Shown here: in pieces, positions 26,805 to 34,408 of the stretch
Numbering within the stretch: the stretch's first letter is position 1
Layout: every line of letters begins with the position of its first letter
From: a virus
Lineage: Duplodnaviria > Caudoviricetes
Direction: 5' to 3' (one strand)
DNA length: 36,872 bases
IMG/VR virus record: IMGVR_UViG_3300032272_000042
Coordinates: 1 to 36,872 of that record
Translations under genes and position numbers: made by a program
Notes under the pieces: model-generated
The model's input: only the letters and a program-made list of their open reading frames with translations
Told to the model about the DNA's origin: nothing
Database searches by the model: none

Positions 26805-27544
26805 TACCCCCAAATTTCTTTTGCTTTTGCTCTTGTGCTTGGATTATTCCAGTAGAAGTGATCAAAGTTGGGGGCGATGAATTGCACCAACTCCATAGGG
26901 TCTTTAGAGATGCCAAGGAACCTTTGAATACATAACGCCGTGTTGTGGACTTCATTCAGGTCTTGCTCACTATCCTCTAGTGTGTAGAACCCGTACTTCT
27001 TAGGCGTTGTGTAAAGGAACTGGATTGCATGGTTGCCCTTGGCCTTCTGATATATCGACCCTTGGCGTCTGTGCGCTGGGCTAATCGCTGAAGGCAAACG
27101 CCCTGTAGACTTAACGTCAACAACTGAGCCTTCAAAGGTAATATCTGTGAACCCAATGATAGGCACCTTAACACCCTCAAGGTCGATGCTGATCTTTTCC
27201 TGATAGTCTGTAACCTCAGACAGTCCAGCTTCTTTAAGTGCTGCGACTCCATTGTCTACATAGGCCGCAAGGTTGGCGCGTTCTTTCTCACGGCTTACGC
27301 CTTCAACCCCAAGTGCTGTTAGCTTAAGGAACTCCGACTCTGCTTCATCATGCCCGTTACTATCGGTCATAATCGCCGTGTATATTCCAAGCTCCGCAGC
27401 ATGCCCACGGCTCATAGCCGCGTTTGTTCCTTCACGATGCTTCAGAAGGTAACGCATGAGCCATAACCCCGGCTCGTTGCGAAAGCAATCAATTGAAGAA
27501 TGCGAAAGGTGTTCAATCCCGTGTTGTTCAAATACGTCCGTCAA
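26801..27544 (-). CDS. PD-(D/E)XK (Cas4/RecB-like) exonuclease
   Basis: HLSHSSI, RGHAAE, IIGFTD, VVDVKST, Q.SIY; probable TTG start at 27544 after GGGGAG. Confidence 0.8.
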   Translation of the reverse strand: MTDVFEQHGIEHLSHSSIDCFRNEPGLWLMRYLLKHREGTNAAMSRGHAAELGIYTAIMTDSNGHDEAESEFLKLTALGVEGVSREKERANLAAYVDNGVAALKEAGLSEVTDYQEKISIDLEGVKVPIIGFTDITFEGSVVDVKSTGRLPSAISPAHRRQGSIYQKAKGNHAIQFLYTTPKKYGFYTLEDSEQDLNEVHNTALCIQRFLGISKDPMELVQFIAPNFDHFYWNNPSTRAKAKEIWGY

Positions 27545-27971
27545 GTTCTTTCTCCCCGTATAATGCAATAAGCGCGGCCTCTGCTCTGCCGTCATCTTTC
27601 TTGCGTTTAAATTGATCTGCTAGATTTGGAAATAGGCGCGTTGCTAAAAGTCTGCTGGCGTCCTTGTCCCTGTTAAGTCCAAAGTGCTTTTTCCACTTCA
27701 TAGGCGTTACCATTGTATATGGGATTTTCATTGTCGCAATAACACCTTTGATAACCCCCATACCTTGACCGAAGTTAAAGGCAGACGTTCGCCCCATACC
27801 GAAGCTGTTAACCTGTTCTATATATATGTGGTTAGCACCTTCAAATATTTCAGCCAGAGCCGCGCCGTTCACCTCTTTGCCCAACATTGGCATGTCGTGA
27901 ATATAGCCAGCATTGTCAACGAACCTCTCAGCAATCGCGCCCTTTGCACCGGGGTCTATGCCTATAATCAT
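27528..27971 (-). CDS. RuvC-like Holliday junction resolvase
   Basis: IIGIDPG..GA, IYIEQV, SAFNFG, VTP.KWKK, DGRAEAALIA. Confidence 0.88.
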   Translation of the reverse strand: MIIGIDPGAKGAIAERFVDNAGYIHDMPMLGKEVNGAALAEIFEGANHIYIEQVNSFGMGRTSAFNFGQGMGVIKGVIATMKIPYTMVTPMKWKKHFGLNRDKDASRLLATRLFPNLADQFKRKKDDGRAEAALIALYGEKELDGRI

Positions 27972-28165
27972 CGCGCACCGTCCTTGTAAGCGTCCATGTG
28001 CGCCCTGATTTCATCAACTGTGTCTGTTGTTGGCTTGCGCCCTTTGCGTAGATCGAATACGAAGTTTGGTGAGTTTTTAAAAGTAAGGCCGAAAGACGTT
28101 GCCGTCATCCCGTACTTCTCTATAAACTCCTCAATTTCGTTTAGAAAGTCTGCCCTGATACCCAT
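27968..28165 (-). CDS. Cro-like HTH regulator
   Basis: IE.FI...GMTATSFG....NSPNFVFDLRKGR.P pattern; first gene off the divergent promoter region. Confidence 0.75.
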   Translation of the reverse strand: MGIRADFLNEIEEFIEKYGMTATSFGLTFKNSPNFVFDLRKGRKPTTDTVDEIRAHMDAYKDGAR

Positions 28166-28174
28166 AGTCTGTGA

Positions 28175-28290
28175 CTCCTAGTTAATGTTGACACTATATA
28201 TAGCACCATGAATATTATTTGCAATACAAAATATTATATATGATATTAGCTATTGACTACCATATACCATGCGCGGTATAACTGGATTAA
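28175..28290. promoter_or_regulatory. Divergent AT-rich promoter region
   Basis: Plus strand TTGACT-N18-TATAAC at 28253-28282; minus strand TTGCAA..TATATA candidate; strand switch of coding. Confidence 0.65.
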
Positions 28291-28316
28291 CGAAACACAA
28301 AACAAGGGGAAATAAA

Positions 28317-28412
28317 ATGTATGTATTCTTAGACTATCTTAAAATTGCGGCAATCGCCACGGTTGGTGCTTTGTTCACTTGGGGCTTCATTATCTTTATG
28401 GCGGTGCTGTGA
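28317..28412 (+). CDS. 31-aa single-TM peptide (not in ORF track)
   Basis: AAGGGG RBS; MYVFLDYLKIAAIATVGALFTWGFIIFMAVL; TGATG coupling. Confidence 0.55.
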   Translation: MYVFLDYLKIAAIATVGALFTWGFIIFMAVL

Positions 28413-28642
28413 TGCAGATTGAAAACACCAACGACCTTTTTAACGCTCTTAGCGACAAAGAGGCTCTTAATGGCATGTTGGAAAACGTGCGTGTTCTTGA
28501 AGCTAAAATGGCAGACATAATTGTCGCAGACCATGATTGCCTTGATAATGTCTCAGAGTTGGAGCGTTCGATTCACATTGCAATCAAGGAACTCGACGAA
28601 GCTATTGACAATTATGTCCAGTGCAAGGATATTGAATTATGA
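28412..28642 (+). CDS. Small helical hypothetical protein
   Basis: Coupled start at 28412. Confidence 0.5.
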   Translation: MQIENTNDLFNALSDKEALNGMLENVRVLEAKMADIIVADHDCLDNVSELERSIHIAIKELDEAIDNYVQCKDIEL

Positions 28643-28806
28643 GAATGGTTGAAGAAATTGAATTGTGCATGCGCTTAACTAATCAGGATATGAGCGACAG
28701 TGGTGCGAGGGTAGAGATTATGCGCCAGTTGCTAAAAGGATATTCTGTTGAGCGTGTCACTGAAAAGATCAACGCCAAGGGGAAGCTAAATGAAATTTCT
28801 TTTTAA
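28639..28806 (+). CDS. 55-aa hypothetical protein (not in ORF track)
   Basis: ATGA overlap, AAGGA RBS; MRMVEEIELCMRL... Confidence 0.45.
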   Translation: MRMVEEIELCMRLTNQDMSDSGARVEIMRQLLKGYSVERVTEKINAKGKLNEISF

Positions 28807-28963
28807 AAAGAAGCGCAAGCCTGTTGATGTGGAAAAAGGCAATCGTCGCCTTACACTTAAGCAAGCGTCAAGACTTTCGACAGCAGACAATTCAGGTGGC
28901 GAAGTTGATGCAGATGGATTCATAACTATATATCCTAAAAGGGAAGCATATAATGAAAAATAA
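28790..28963 (+). CDS. 57-aa hypothetical protein (not in ORF track)
   Basis: GGGGAAG RBS; MKFLFKKKRKP...; overlaps the next start. Confidence 0.45.
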   Translation: MKFLFKKKRKPVDVEKGNRRLTLKQASRLSTADNSGGEVDADGFITIYPKREAYNEK

Positions 28964-29336
28964 ACAAATGAGTTGGGCTGAAGCAAAGTCCTTTCTTGAA
29001 GAAAACAGCATTGCAGTTACCGAACCTCTTCTTCGCAACTTAACTGGCATCGAGCGCATTATTTGCTTAGGGTGTGGTGAAAGCAAGAAGTTCACTCAGT
29101 TTCACAAGGACAATAAATCAAAGACAGGTCGCCGGATTCGCTGCATTGCTTGCAACACATCGAACGAGCATAAAAAGAAAAGCTTGGTATATCTAACGCG
29201 CTCCTCTTGGGGATGTGACGTTCAGCAAACGCCAGAGGCTATCATTGCTCACCAGAAGAAGCAATACGGCACAATGCGCTATGAAAGCGTTAAACTTAAA
29301 CCAGCACCAAGATTCAGGGGAACTCCATCATGGTAG
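28953..29336 (+). CDS. Zn-ribbon protein
   Basis: CLGCGESK..TQFHKD..SKTG....CIAC, a Zn module seen in phage endonuclease N-termini; no catalytic HNH motif seen. Confidence 0.6.
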   Translation: MKNKQMSWAEAKSFLEENSIAVTEPLLRNLTGIERIICLGCGESKKFTQFHKDNKSKTGRRIRCIACNTSNEHKKKSLVYLTRSSWGCDVQQTPEAIIAHQKKQYGTMRYESVKLKPAPRFRGTPSW

Positions 29337-29611
29337 GCGATAAAATCAAGCGGTTAACTGTTGGCGAGACATTAGAACAACGTGCAGCCACTCATGGAAG
29401 TTTTGTTGGTGTCGCGTGTGCGGCTCAGACAATAAAGGAAGTGATAGCACGTCATTCAGACAACTTGAACTATCCTCAGACTGAGGCACTTGATATGATT
29501 GCATCTAAGATCGCCCGTATTTGTGCTGGAAACAGTGATGAGCCGGACCACTGGAAAGACATCGCAGGCTATGCAACGCTTATCTTGAATGAGTTGGAGG
29601 AAGACCAATGA
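29330..29611 (+). CDS. DUF6378-like phage protein
   Basis: TLEQR..THGSF, EALDMIASKIARI..G, DHWKDIAGYATL. Confidence 0.75.
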   Translation: MVGDKIKRLTVGETLEQRAATHGSFVGVACAAQTIKEVIARHSDNLNYPQTEALDMIASKIARICAGNSDEPDHWKDIAGYATLILNELEEDQ

Positions 29612-29847
29612 CACAGTATTGCGGTTTCTTAACACTTCTCTGCATGCTCTGCACCATCTCAGCCTTTATAGGCTTTGCCCTTGGTGGGAAGAATGCGGAA
29701 TATTCATGCAGCGTGGCATCAATTGAGCGTATCCAGAACGATACAGCAACACGAATTATGACACGCTTCAACCGTGAACAAGCGTTTACAAAGCAATGGA
29801 TGGAAGCTAACCAGCAGTTTGTATTTAGGGAGTACGGTGATGAATAA
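29608..29847 (+). CDS. Small membrane-anchored protein
   Basis: N-terminal hydrophobic helix; GGAGG RBS. Confidence 0.55.
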   Translation: MTQYCGFLTLLCMLCTISAFIGFALGGKNAEYSCSVASIERIQNDTATRIMTRFNREQAFTKQWMEANQQFVFREYGDE

Positions 29848-30166
29848 GCAATTGATTGAGGCTATGGCACGAGCTATTGCGGGGCATTATGGGCCATCTT
29901 ATGACGATAGCCCTGACGTTTTCAAAACTATTCATAAATATACAAACACTGATACAAAAGAAGATCATAGGGATGCAGCACAAGCAGCCCTCCAAGCCAT
30001 CACTGACGCAGGGTTCGCAGTTGTTCCGTTGGAGCCTACAGACAAGCTAATTGAAAATGGGCAGGAAGCTTATGAACCCAATTGTGAATACGGCCTAGAC
30101 AATGAAGACCTTGGACTTACCTACAAAGCCATGATCCAAGCAGCACAGGAGGCTAGTGATGAGTGA
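29840..30166 (+). CDS. Modular early phage protein (Ead/EaA-type modules)
   Basis: IEAMARAI, AQAALQAI..AG.AVVP.EPT, YKAMIQAA. Confidence 0.6.
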   Translation: MNKQLIEAMARAIAGHYGPSYDDSPDVFKTIHKYTNTDTKEDHRDAAQAALQAITDAGFAVVPLEPTDKLIENGQEAYEPNCEYGLDNEDLGLTYKAMIQAAQEASDE

Positions 30167-30407
30167 TATTGTAGAACGATTGCGTAAATTAGGCTCTATA
30201 AAAACGTCACAGCTATACAGCCAACGCGAGACATTAGGTGAAGCAGCCTATGAAATTGAACGTCTAGCTGTTCTTGGGTGGGAAAACCACGCTAAAATCA
30301 AACGTCTGACCGCCGCCCTGCAAGAGATTGCCGATGATTGTCAATATGGTACAGGCCTAGAAAGATACGCCAGCGACATAGCACGAAAGGCTTTGAACAA
30401 TGAGTAA
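30159..30407 (+). CDS. Ead/Ea22-like early protein
   Basis: MSDIVERLR, EAA.EIERL, L.AALQEIA, IARKAL. Confidence 0.6.
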   Translation: MSDIVERLRKLGSIKTSQLYSQRETLGEAAYEIERLAVLGWENHAKIKRLTAALQEIADDCQYGTGLERYASDIARKALNNE

Positions 30408-30482
30408 GTTTGAAGGGTTTATGCTCTATTTCGCATTTACAGATTGTGTTATTAAAATTATTCAAGGATTGTGGGGTGCGCT

Positions 30483-30674
30483 ATGAAAACGATTAAAATT
30501 ATTCTTTGGAGGTTTTATGTCGTTGCGACTATAACCTCACTGTTCCCATTCGTTGCAGGGTTCTTTGCCCTAAAATGTGCGCTATCAGAGATGTGGAAGG
30601 GTTATGTGGGTGCGGTTGAAACTGCTGCAGAGTTATGGGACGACCAAGGGGTTATGTTCGATGAAAACGATTAA
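30483..30674 (+). CDS. Small membrane protein bracketed by a 14-bp direct repeat
   Basis: TM helix; ATGAAAACGATTAA at 30483-30496 and 30661-30674. Confidence 0.55.
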   Translation: MKTIKIILWRFYVVATITSLFPFVAGFFALKCALSEMWKGYVGAVETAAELWDDQGVMFDEND

Positions 30675-30783
30675 CGCAACCTACCGCACCATCAAGCATC
30701 GCAAGCATTACAGCATTGAGGTTCGGTTAATCACAGCCGCTTTGTGCGCCAGCGTGTTCCTGTATGGATGGGGGTTGGTATGA
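30661..30783 (+). CDS. 40-aa membrane peptide
   Basis: MKTINATYR...LITAALCASVFLYGWGLV; ATGA overlap with the next gene. Confidence 0.5.
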   Translation: MKTINATYRTIKHRKHYSIEVRLITAALCASVFLYGWGLV

Positions 30784-31377
30784 AAGTCCTTGTAGCTTGC
30801 GAGTATAGCGGAACGGTGCGAGATGCGTTTATCGCAAGGGGTCACGATGCAATTAGCTGTGACTTATTGCCGACTGACGCGACAGGCCCGCACCACCAAG
30901 GGGATGTGTATGACTTGTTGATGGAGCGTTGGGACTTAATCATAGCACACCCGCCATGCACCGCCCTGACTGTCGCAGGTAACAGCACTTACGGTGAGTG
31001 TAAGCCGCGATACCCAGAACGGCTCGAGGCGGCTGTGTGGACTGAGGACTTGTGGGAGAATTGCAAGGCTGTATCTAACAAGGTTTGTTTTGAAAACCCT
31101 GTTGGTGTTCTCACGCGGCTGACATCCATGCCAAAAGCTAATTATATCCAGCCGTATCAGTTTGGACATAAAGAGCAGAAGAGGACAGGGTTGTTTCTAC
31201 ATAACTTACCGCCGCTCGTACCGACTGATGATGTATATACTGAGATGATGTTGTTACCGAAGAACGTCAGGGAGCGGCTTCACTATCTACCGCCATCACC
31301 TGATCGGTGGAAGCTTCGGTCAACGACATACCAAGGTATTGCGAATGCTATGGCTGAACAATGGGGGTTGGTATGAA
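30768..31377. repeat. 17-bp exact direct repeat ATGGGGGTTGGTATGAA at 30768-30784 and 31361-31377
   Basis: Read directly; both flanking ORFs end WGLV* and overlap the next ATG. Confidence 0.95.
30780..31376 (+). CDS. Short DNA (cytosine-5) methyltransferase-like protein
   Basis: VLVACEYSG, SCDLLP, QGDV, WDLIIAHPPC (motif IV PC), ENPVG (motif VI), AMAEQWG. Confidence 0.8.
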   Translation: MKVLVACEYSGTVRDAFIARGHDAISCDLLPTDATGPHHQGDVYDLLMERWDLIIAHPPCTALTVAGNSTYGECKPRYPERLEAAVWTEDLWENCKAVSNKVCFENPVGVLTRLTSMPKANYIQPYQFGHKEQKRTGLFLHNLPPLVPTDDVYTEMMLLPKNVRERLHYLPPSPDRWKLRSTTYQGIANAMAEQWGLV

Positions 31378-31828
31378 CGCCAAGAAACAAATCTTCCATT
31401 GGAAGATGGAACTTAAAGCAGCGCGTGAAGCAGAATGGTTAAAGCCTTACAAGCTTGACCTGATAGCTGGACTATCGGCTGGCTGGGTATCACGCAACGA
31501 GCGTGTTGGCGGGAACATTGGCCTTGCTATGTTTATGAAGTGGGCAGACGCTCTAGGCTATGAGTTGAAGCTGGTTAAGAAATCGTCCGAAGCCAGAACA
31601 CCTGATTTAAACATTTGCCCCGGCTGTGGTGGTCCTGCCGATAACGGACACGACAGGGGTGATCCACCAACCACTTACTATTGCTCAAAATGTAACCGCA
31701 CGAAGGAAACGTCCCCTGAGCGTTCATATATTGCACAGGTAGTTACGAAAACTGCAAAAGAGATTGCAGAGGAATTCCCTAATACAGATACGTCCGCCCA
31801 ACACACCAGAGGAAAAGCCGATGATTGA
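31373..31828 (+). CDS. XRE-like HTH fused to a Zn-finger module
   Basis: LKAARE..L.LIAGLS..WVSRNER...WADALGYEL; CPGCGGPADNGHDR..PP..YYCSKC. Confidence 0.6.
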   Translation: MNAKKQIFHWKMELKAAREAEWLKPYKLDLIAGLSAGWVSRNERVGGNIGLAMFMKWADALGYELKLVKKSSEARTPDLNICPGCGGPADNGHDRGDPPTTYYCSKCNRTKETSPERSYIAQVVTKTAKEIAEEFPNTDTSAQHTRGKADD

Positions 31829-32081
31829 ACAAATTATATATGGCGCAATTGGCGGCTTGGTCCTTTCATATGCAGTCTATCAAGTCGGCTATGCGAACGG
31901 ACGTAAAAAAGGTGAGATGGTTTCATTTGATCTTATCGACAGCTTGCAGCAACGCATCGTCAAAATAGCATACATAGCTAGAAAAAATTCTTTGTGTGAT
32001 GCCGAGCGCGTATCAGAAATTCGCGATTTAACGCCTGATCCGATTAGGTCCGTTGAAGGGACATCTGAAAATGACAAATAA
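31821..32081 (+). CDS. Small membrane-anchored protein
   Basis: TM IIYGAIGGLVLSYAVY followed by GYANG; GAGG RBS. Confidence 0.55.
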   Translation: MIEQIIYGAIGGLVLSYAVYQVGYANGRKKGEMVSFDLIDSLQQRIVKIAYIARKNSLCDAERVSEIRDLTPDPIRSVEGTSENDK

Positions 32082-32511
32082 AACATGCCCATTTTGTAAA
32101 GAAGAAGGCGAGTTTCTTCGGGTAATTACTAAGCAGCCCGGAACAACGATACAGGCTTATGTGGACTGTAGAAATTGTGGGGCAAGAGGCCCAACTCACT
32201 ACAACAATGAAAGCATTGAAGATGCTACAGATGGTGCGTGGTTCAGTTGGAATGACCGCCCTATTGCGTCCCTGAGCGAACGGAGAAAGGCGATGCCTGA
32301 CATTACAATGTGTGACGGCAAAGGGTGCGTCATGGCAGATAGGTGTTATCGCCACACAGCCACGCCCACCCCCGACCGTCAATCTTGGTTCCAAAATGCC
32401 CCAGTGAAATACCGCATAACGAAGGGCAAGCAACCCAGCGAACGGCCTGCTGAATGCGCCCATTTCACACCAATAGAAGCCTCCGACAAGGGAGGCAGTG
32501 AAAATGGATAA
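32071..32511 (+). CDS. Lar-like restriction alleviation domain fused to a Cys-rich MPDITMC module
   Basis: CPFC...CRNCGARGP...A..WNDR; internal GGAG + ATG at 32293 begins MPDITMC.G..C...RCYR.TA.P. Confidence 0.65.
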   Translation: MTNKTCPFCKEEGEFLRVITKQPGTTIQAYVDCRNCGARGPTHYNNESIEDATDGAWFSWNDRPIASLSERRKAMPDITMCDGKGCVMADRCYRHTATPTPDRQSWFQNAPVKYRITKGKQPSERPAECAHFTPIEASDKGGSENG

Positions 32512-32752
32512 ATTTCAAGCGTTCTCAAAAGCGATACTTGATGCAAGCAATGAAGGTTTGGATGTGGACGGGTTTACCATTCAGAAACTTGCCGAAAAGC
32601 ATAAAGTCATCGTCGTAGTTCCTTACGACCCTAACAAACATGGCCCTAACGAGTTTGACGTGATGCCCGGTGAGGATTGGTATGAATACGTTCCCGAATT
32701 ATGCAGCCCAGATACGTCCCCCACACGGACAAACGAGACAGAGGAAAAGTGA
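32504..32752 (+). CDS. Hypothetical protein
   Basis: GGAGG RBS; DVDGFTIQ.LA.KH...V.YDP.KHG motif. Confidence 0.55.
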   Translation: MDKFQAFSKAILDASNEGLDVDGFTIQKLAEKHKVIVVVPYDPNKHGPNEFDVMPGEDWYEYVPELCSPDTSPTRTNETEEK

Positions 32753-33099
32753 TGACCTTATGTGCATCAATGTTACCAGAAAGCGAACAAGAAGCTGGGC
32801 GGGAAATTATGCGGCTTTGTGCCGAGATTGAACGGCTACGGGCTGAGGCTAAAACGTTCCGTAAAGCCTTAGACGACATGTGTGATTGGGCTATCTCAAA
32901 CGAACAATATCGTGAAGACAATCAGCATTTGGTAGACCACGCCTGTTGGGTGTTAGAACAAACCTCCCCTGAGCGTTCATGCGAAACATGTGCAGATAAA
33001 GAATCTGACGTTAGCAAGCAACCGTGTATGACGTGCCACACTGTTCGGGGTAAATATCTTAATTGGTCCCCTACACGGACAAAGGAGACAGGCGAATGA
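32752..33099 (+). CDS. Ead-like coiled coil plus CxxC...CxxC module
   Basis: AEIERLRAE; CETC....PCMTC...NW.P; TGATG coupling. Confidence 0.55.
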   Translation: MTLCASMLPESEQEAGREIMRLCAEIERLRAEAKTFRKALDDMCDWAISNEQYREDNQHLVDHACWVLEQTSPERSCETCADKESDVSKQPCMTCHTVRGKYLNWSPTRTKETGE

Positions 33100-33296
33100 T
33101 TACGATAATTTTACCCGAATGGCTACTTCTAAGCGGCCTTGCCATCTTAGTCGTGAACACAATCTTAAGTATGATTTTGACCGTTCAAAAATACCGCCTT
33201 GGTAAACAGCAAGATCGCCTTGAGGTGTTGCGTGAACAAATGTCCGAATCTGGGGCAGCGTCATACGCAGAAGCGCTTAAAGATAATTTACCGTAA
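33096..33296 (+). CDS. Small single-TM protein
   Basis: AGGAG RBS; long hydrophobic N-terminus. Confidence 0.55.
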   Translation: MITIILPEWLLLSGLAILVVNTILSMILTVQKYRLGKQQDRLEVLREQMSESGAASYAEALKDNLP

Positions 33297-33424
33297 CTAA
33301 ACGGAGCGTGGATCGCAGCGTTGTTTGGCACTTTCGAGCCTTGGGTTGCAGCGAAGCGATTGTCTCTAGCCGGTCCGGGACGGTACGCAACCCCGGCACC
33401 AATTTAAGGAGCATGGAGAGTGAC

Positions 33425-33598
33425 ATGAGACAGACGGTTAAAGATAAAGACCACGATAAAAGAAACGCTTTGACAGAAACGATATTTCGGGACGAGGCGG
33501 TTGGGCTTGGACTAGACCCAGAAGGTTTTGCCGATCTGGACGAGTTCGACCAGCAGATATATCGCGGACGCGCTCACAAGCAATTAACAAGTGCGTAA
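33425..33598 (+). CDS. Small hypothetical protein
   Basis: GGAG RBS before ATG 33425; F.DLDE.DQ.IYR.RA motif. Confidence 0.5.
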   Translation: MRQTVKDKDHDKRNALTETIFRDEAVGLGLDPEGFADLDEFDQQIYRGRAHKQLTSA

Positions 33599-33622
33599 TG
33601 GAGCCGAAAGGGAAGCGAGAAA

Positions 33623-33784
33623 ATGAAAAAGTTTATGGCTGGGATGGCGACTATGTATGCACTTCTAACATCCGTGATGATGTGGACATACGTTGCAGTT
33701 CACCCAAACGATAATTTAATCAAAGCCGCATTTGAGTGGCCTTACCGCGTTGTGGTGGTAGGCGTCACTGTACGTGGGCAATAA
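33623..33784 (+). CDS. 53-aa membrane peptide (not in ORF track)
   Basis: MKKFMAGMATMYALLTSVMMWTYVAV...; stop abuts the cassette repeat. Confidence 0.5.
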   Translation: MKKFMAGMATMYALLTSVMMWTYVAVHPNDNLIKAAFEWPYRVVVVGVTVRGQ

Positions 33785-33811
33785 CGAGGCTCAGAGAGCC
33801 GGGAGAAGACG

Positions 33812-34036
33812 ATGAGTGAAGAGCAAAAACACGGCTGGTATTCAGCTAGTATGGAAGCTGTAGTACGTAGAGGTCCGATGGGAAACGGCGGACACGGCCC
33901 CAGTATTTGGGAAACGGCAGATAAGAAAGAGGTTGTCGTCACCTGCGTTACCAACAGTGCTACAGATAGCGGGACTAATTGGAATGACGTGGTTTATGTT
34001 GGCCCAGTTGACAAGCGGTTGCGCACTCAAACCTAA
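33812..34036 (+). CDS. Hypothetical protein
   Basis: GGAG RBS; GWYSA...V.VT.V...W.D.VYVGPV motif. Confidence 0.55.
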   Translation: MSEEQKHGWYSASMEAVVRRGPMGNGGHGPSIWETADKKEVVVTCVTNSATDSGTNWNDVVYVGPVDKRLRTQT

Positions 34037-34049
34037 AACGAGGCTCACA

Positions 34050-34196
34050 ATGACAAAAGTAAAGATCAAAGGCCCAAATGGAACTGTCGAAATTGAAGTT
34101 CCAGAGACTGTGGCGAAAGAAGATTATTCGTCTACTCATGTGACCGTGTCGGTGTTGTTGTCCGAAGCGGTTAAAACATACAACGCAATGGATTAA
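34050..34196 (+). CDS. 48-aa hypothetical protein
   Basis: GAGG of the repeat serves as RBS for ATG 34050. Confidence 0.5.
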   Translation: MTKVKIKGPNGTVEIEVPETVAKEDYSSTHVTVSVLLSEAVKTYNAMD

Positions 34197-34294
34197 ACGA
34201 GGCTCAGAGAGCCAAGCAGTCGCCTGTGTGTGTCTTGGAGGCAAGCTCACGATAGATATACAGAACACAATGAAACATAAGGAGGGATAGGACG

Positions 34295-34408
34295 ATGAAA
34301 AAGTCATGTAGTAACTGCCGCCATCAATTCGCAGGGTTTCAATACTGTTGTGTAGTTAAGAAATGCAAGAAACCTGATTACATCAATTTTGAACCTAAAC
34401 CAGAATAA
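34295..34408 (+). CDS. 37-aa Cys-rich peptide (not in ORF track)
   Basis: MKKSCSNCRHQFAGFQYCCVVKKCKKPDYINFEPKPE; AAGGAGG upstream. Confidence 0.5.
   Translation: MKKSCSNCRHQFAGFQYCCVVKKCKKPDYINFEPKPE

Noticed and set aside
498-27989. Numerous plus-strand ORFs antisense to structural and replication genes
   Set aside because: No RBS or recognisable motifs; they are the expected antisense shadows of real minus-strand genes.
28779-28960. GGGAAGC...AATGAAA similarity flanking the 57-aa ORF as another junction duplication
   Set aside because: Two short blocks with unequal spacing, explainable by RBS/start convergence.
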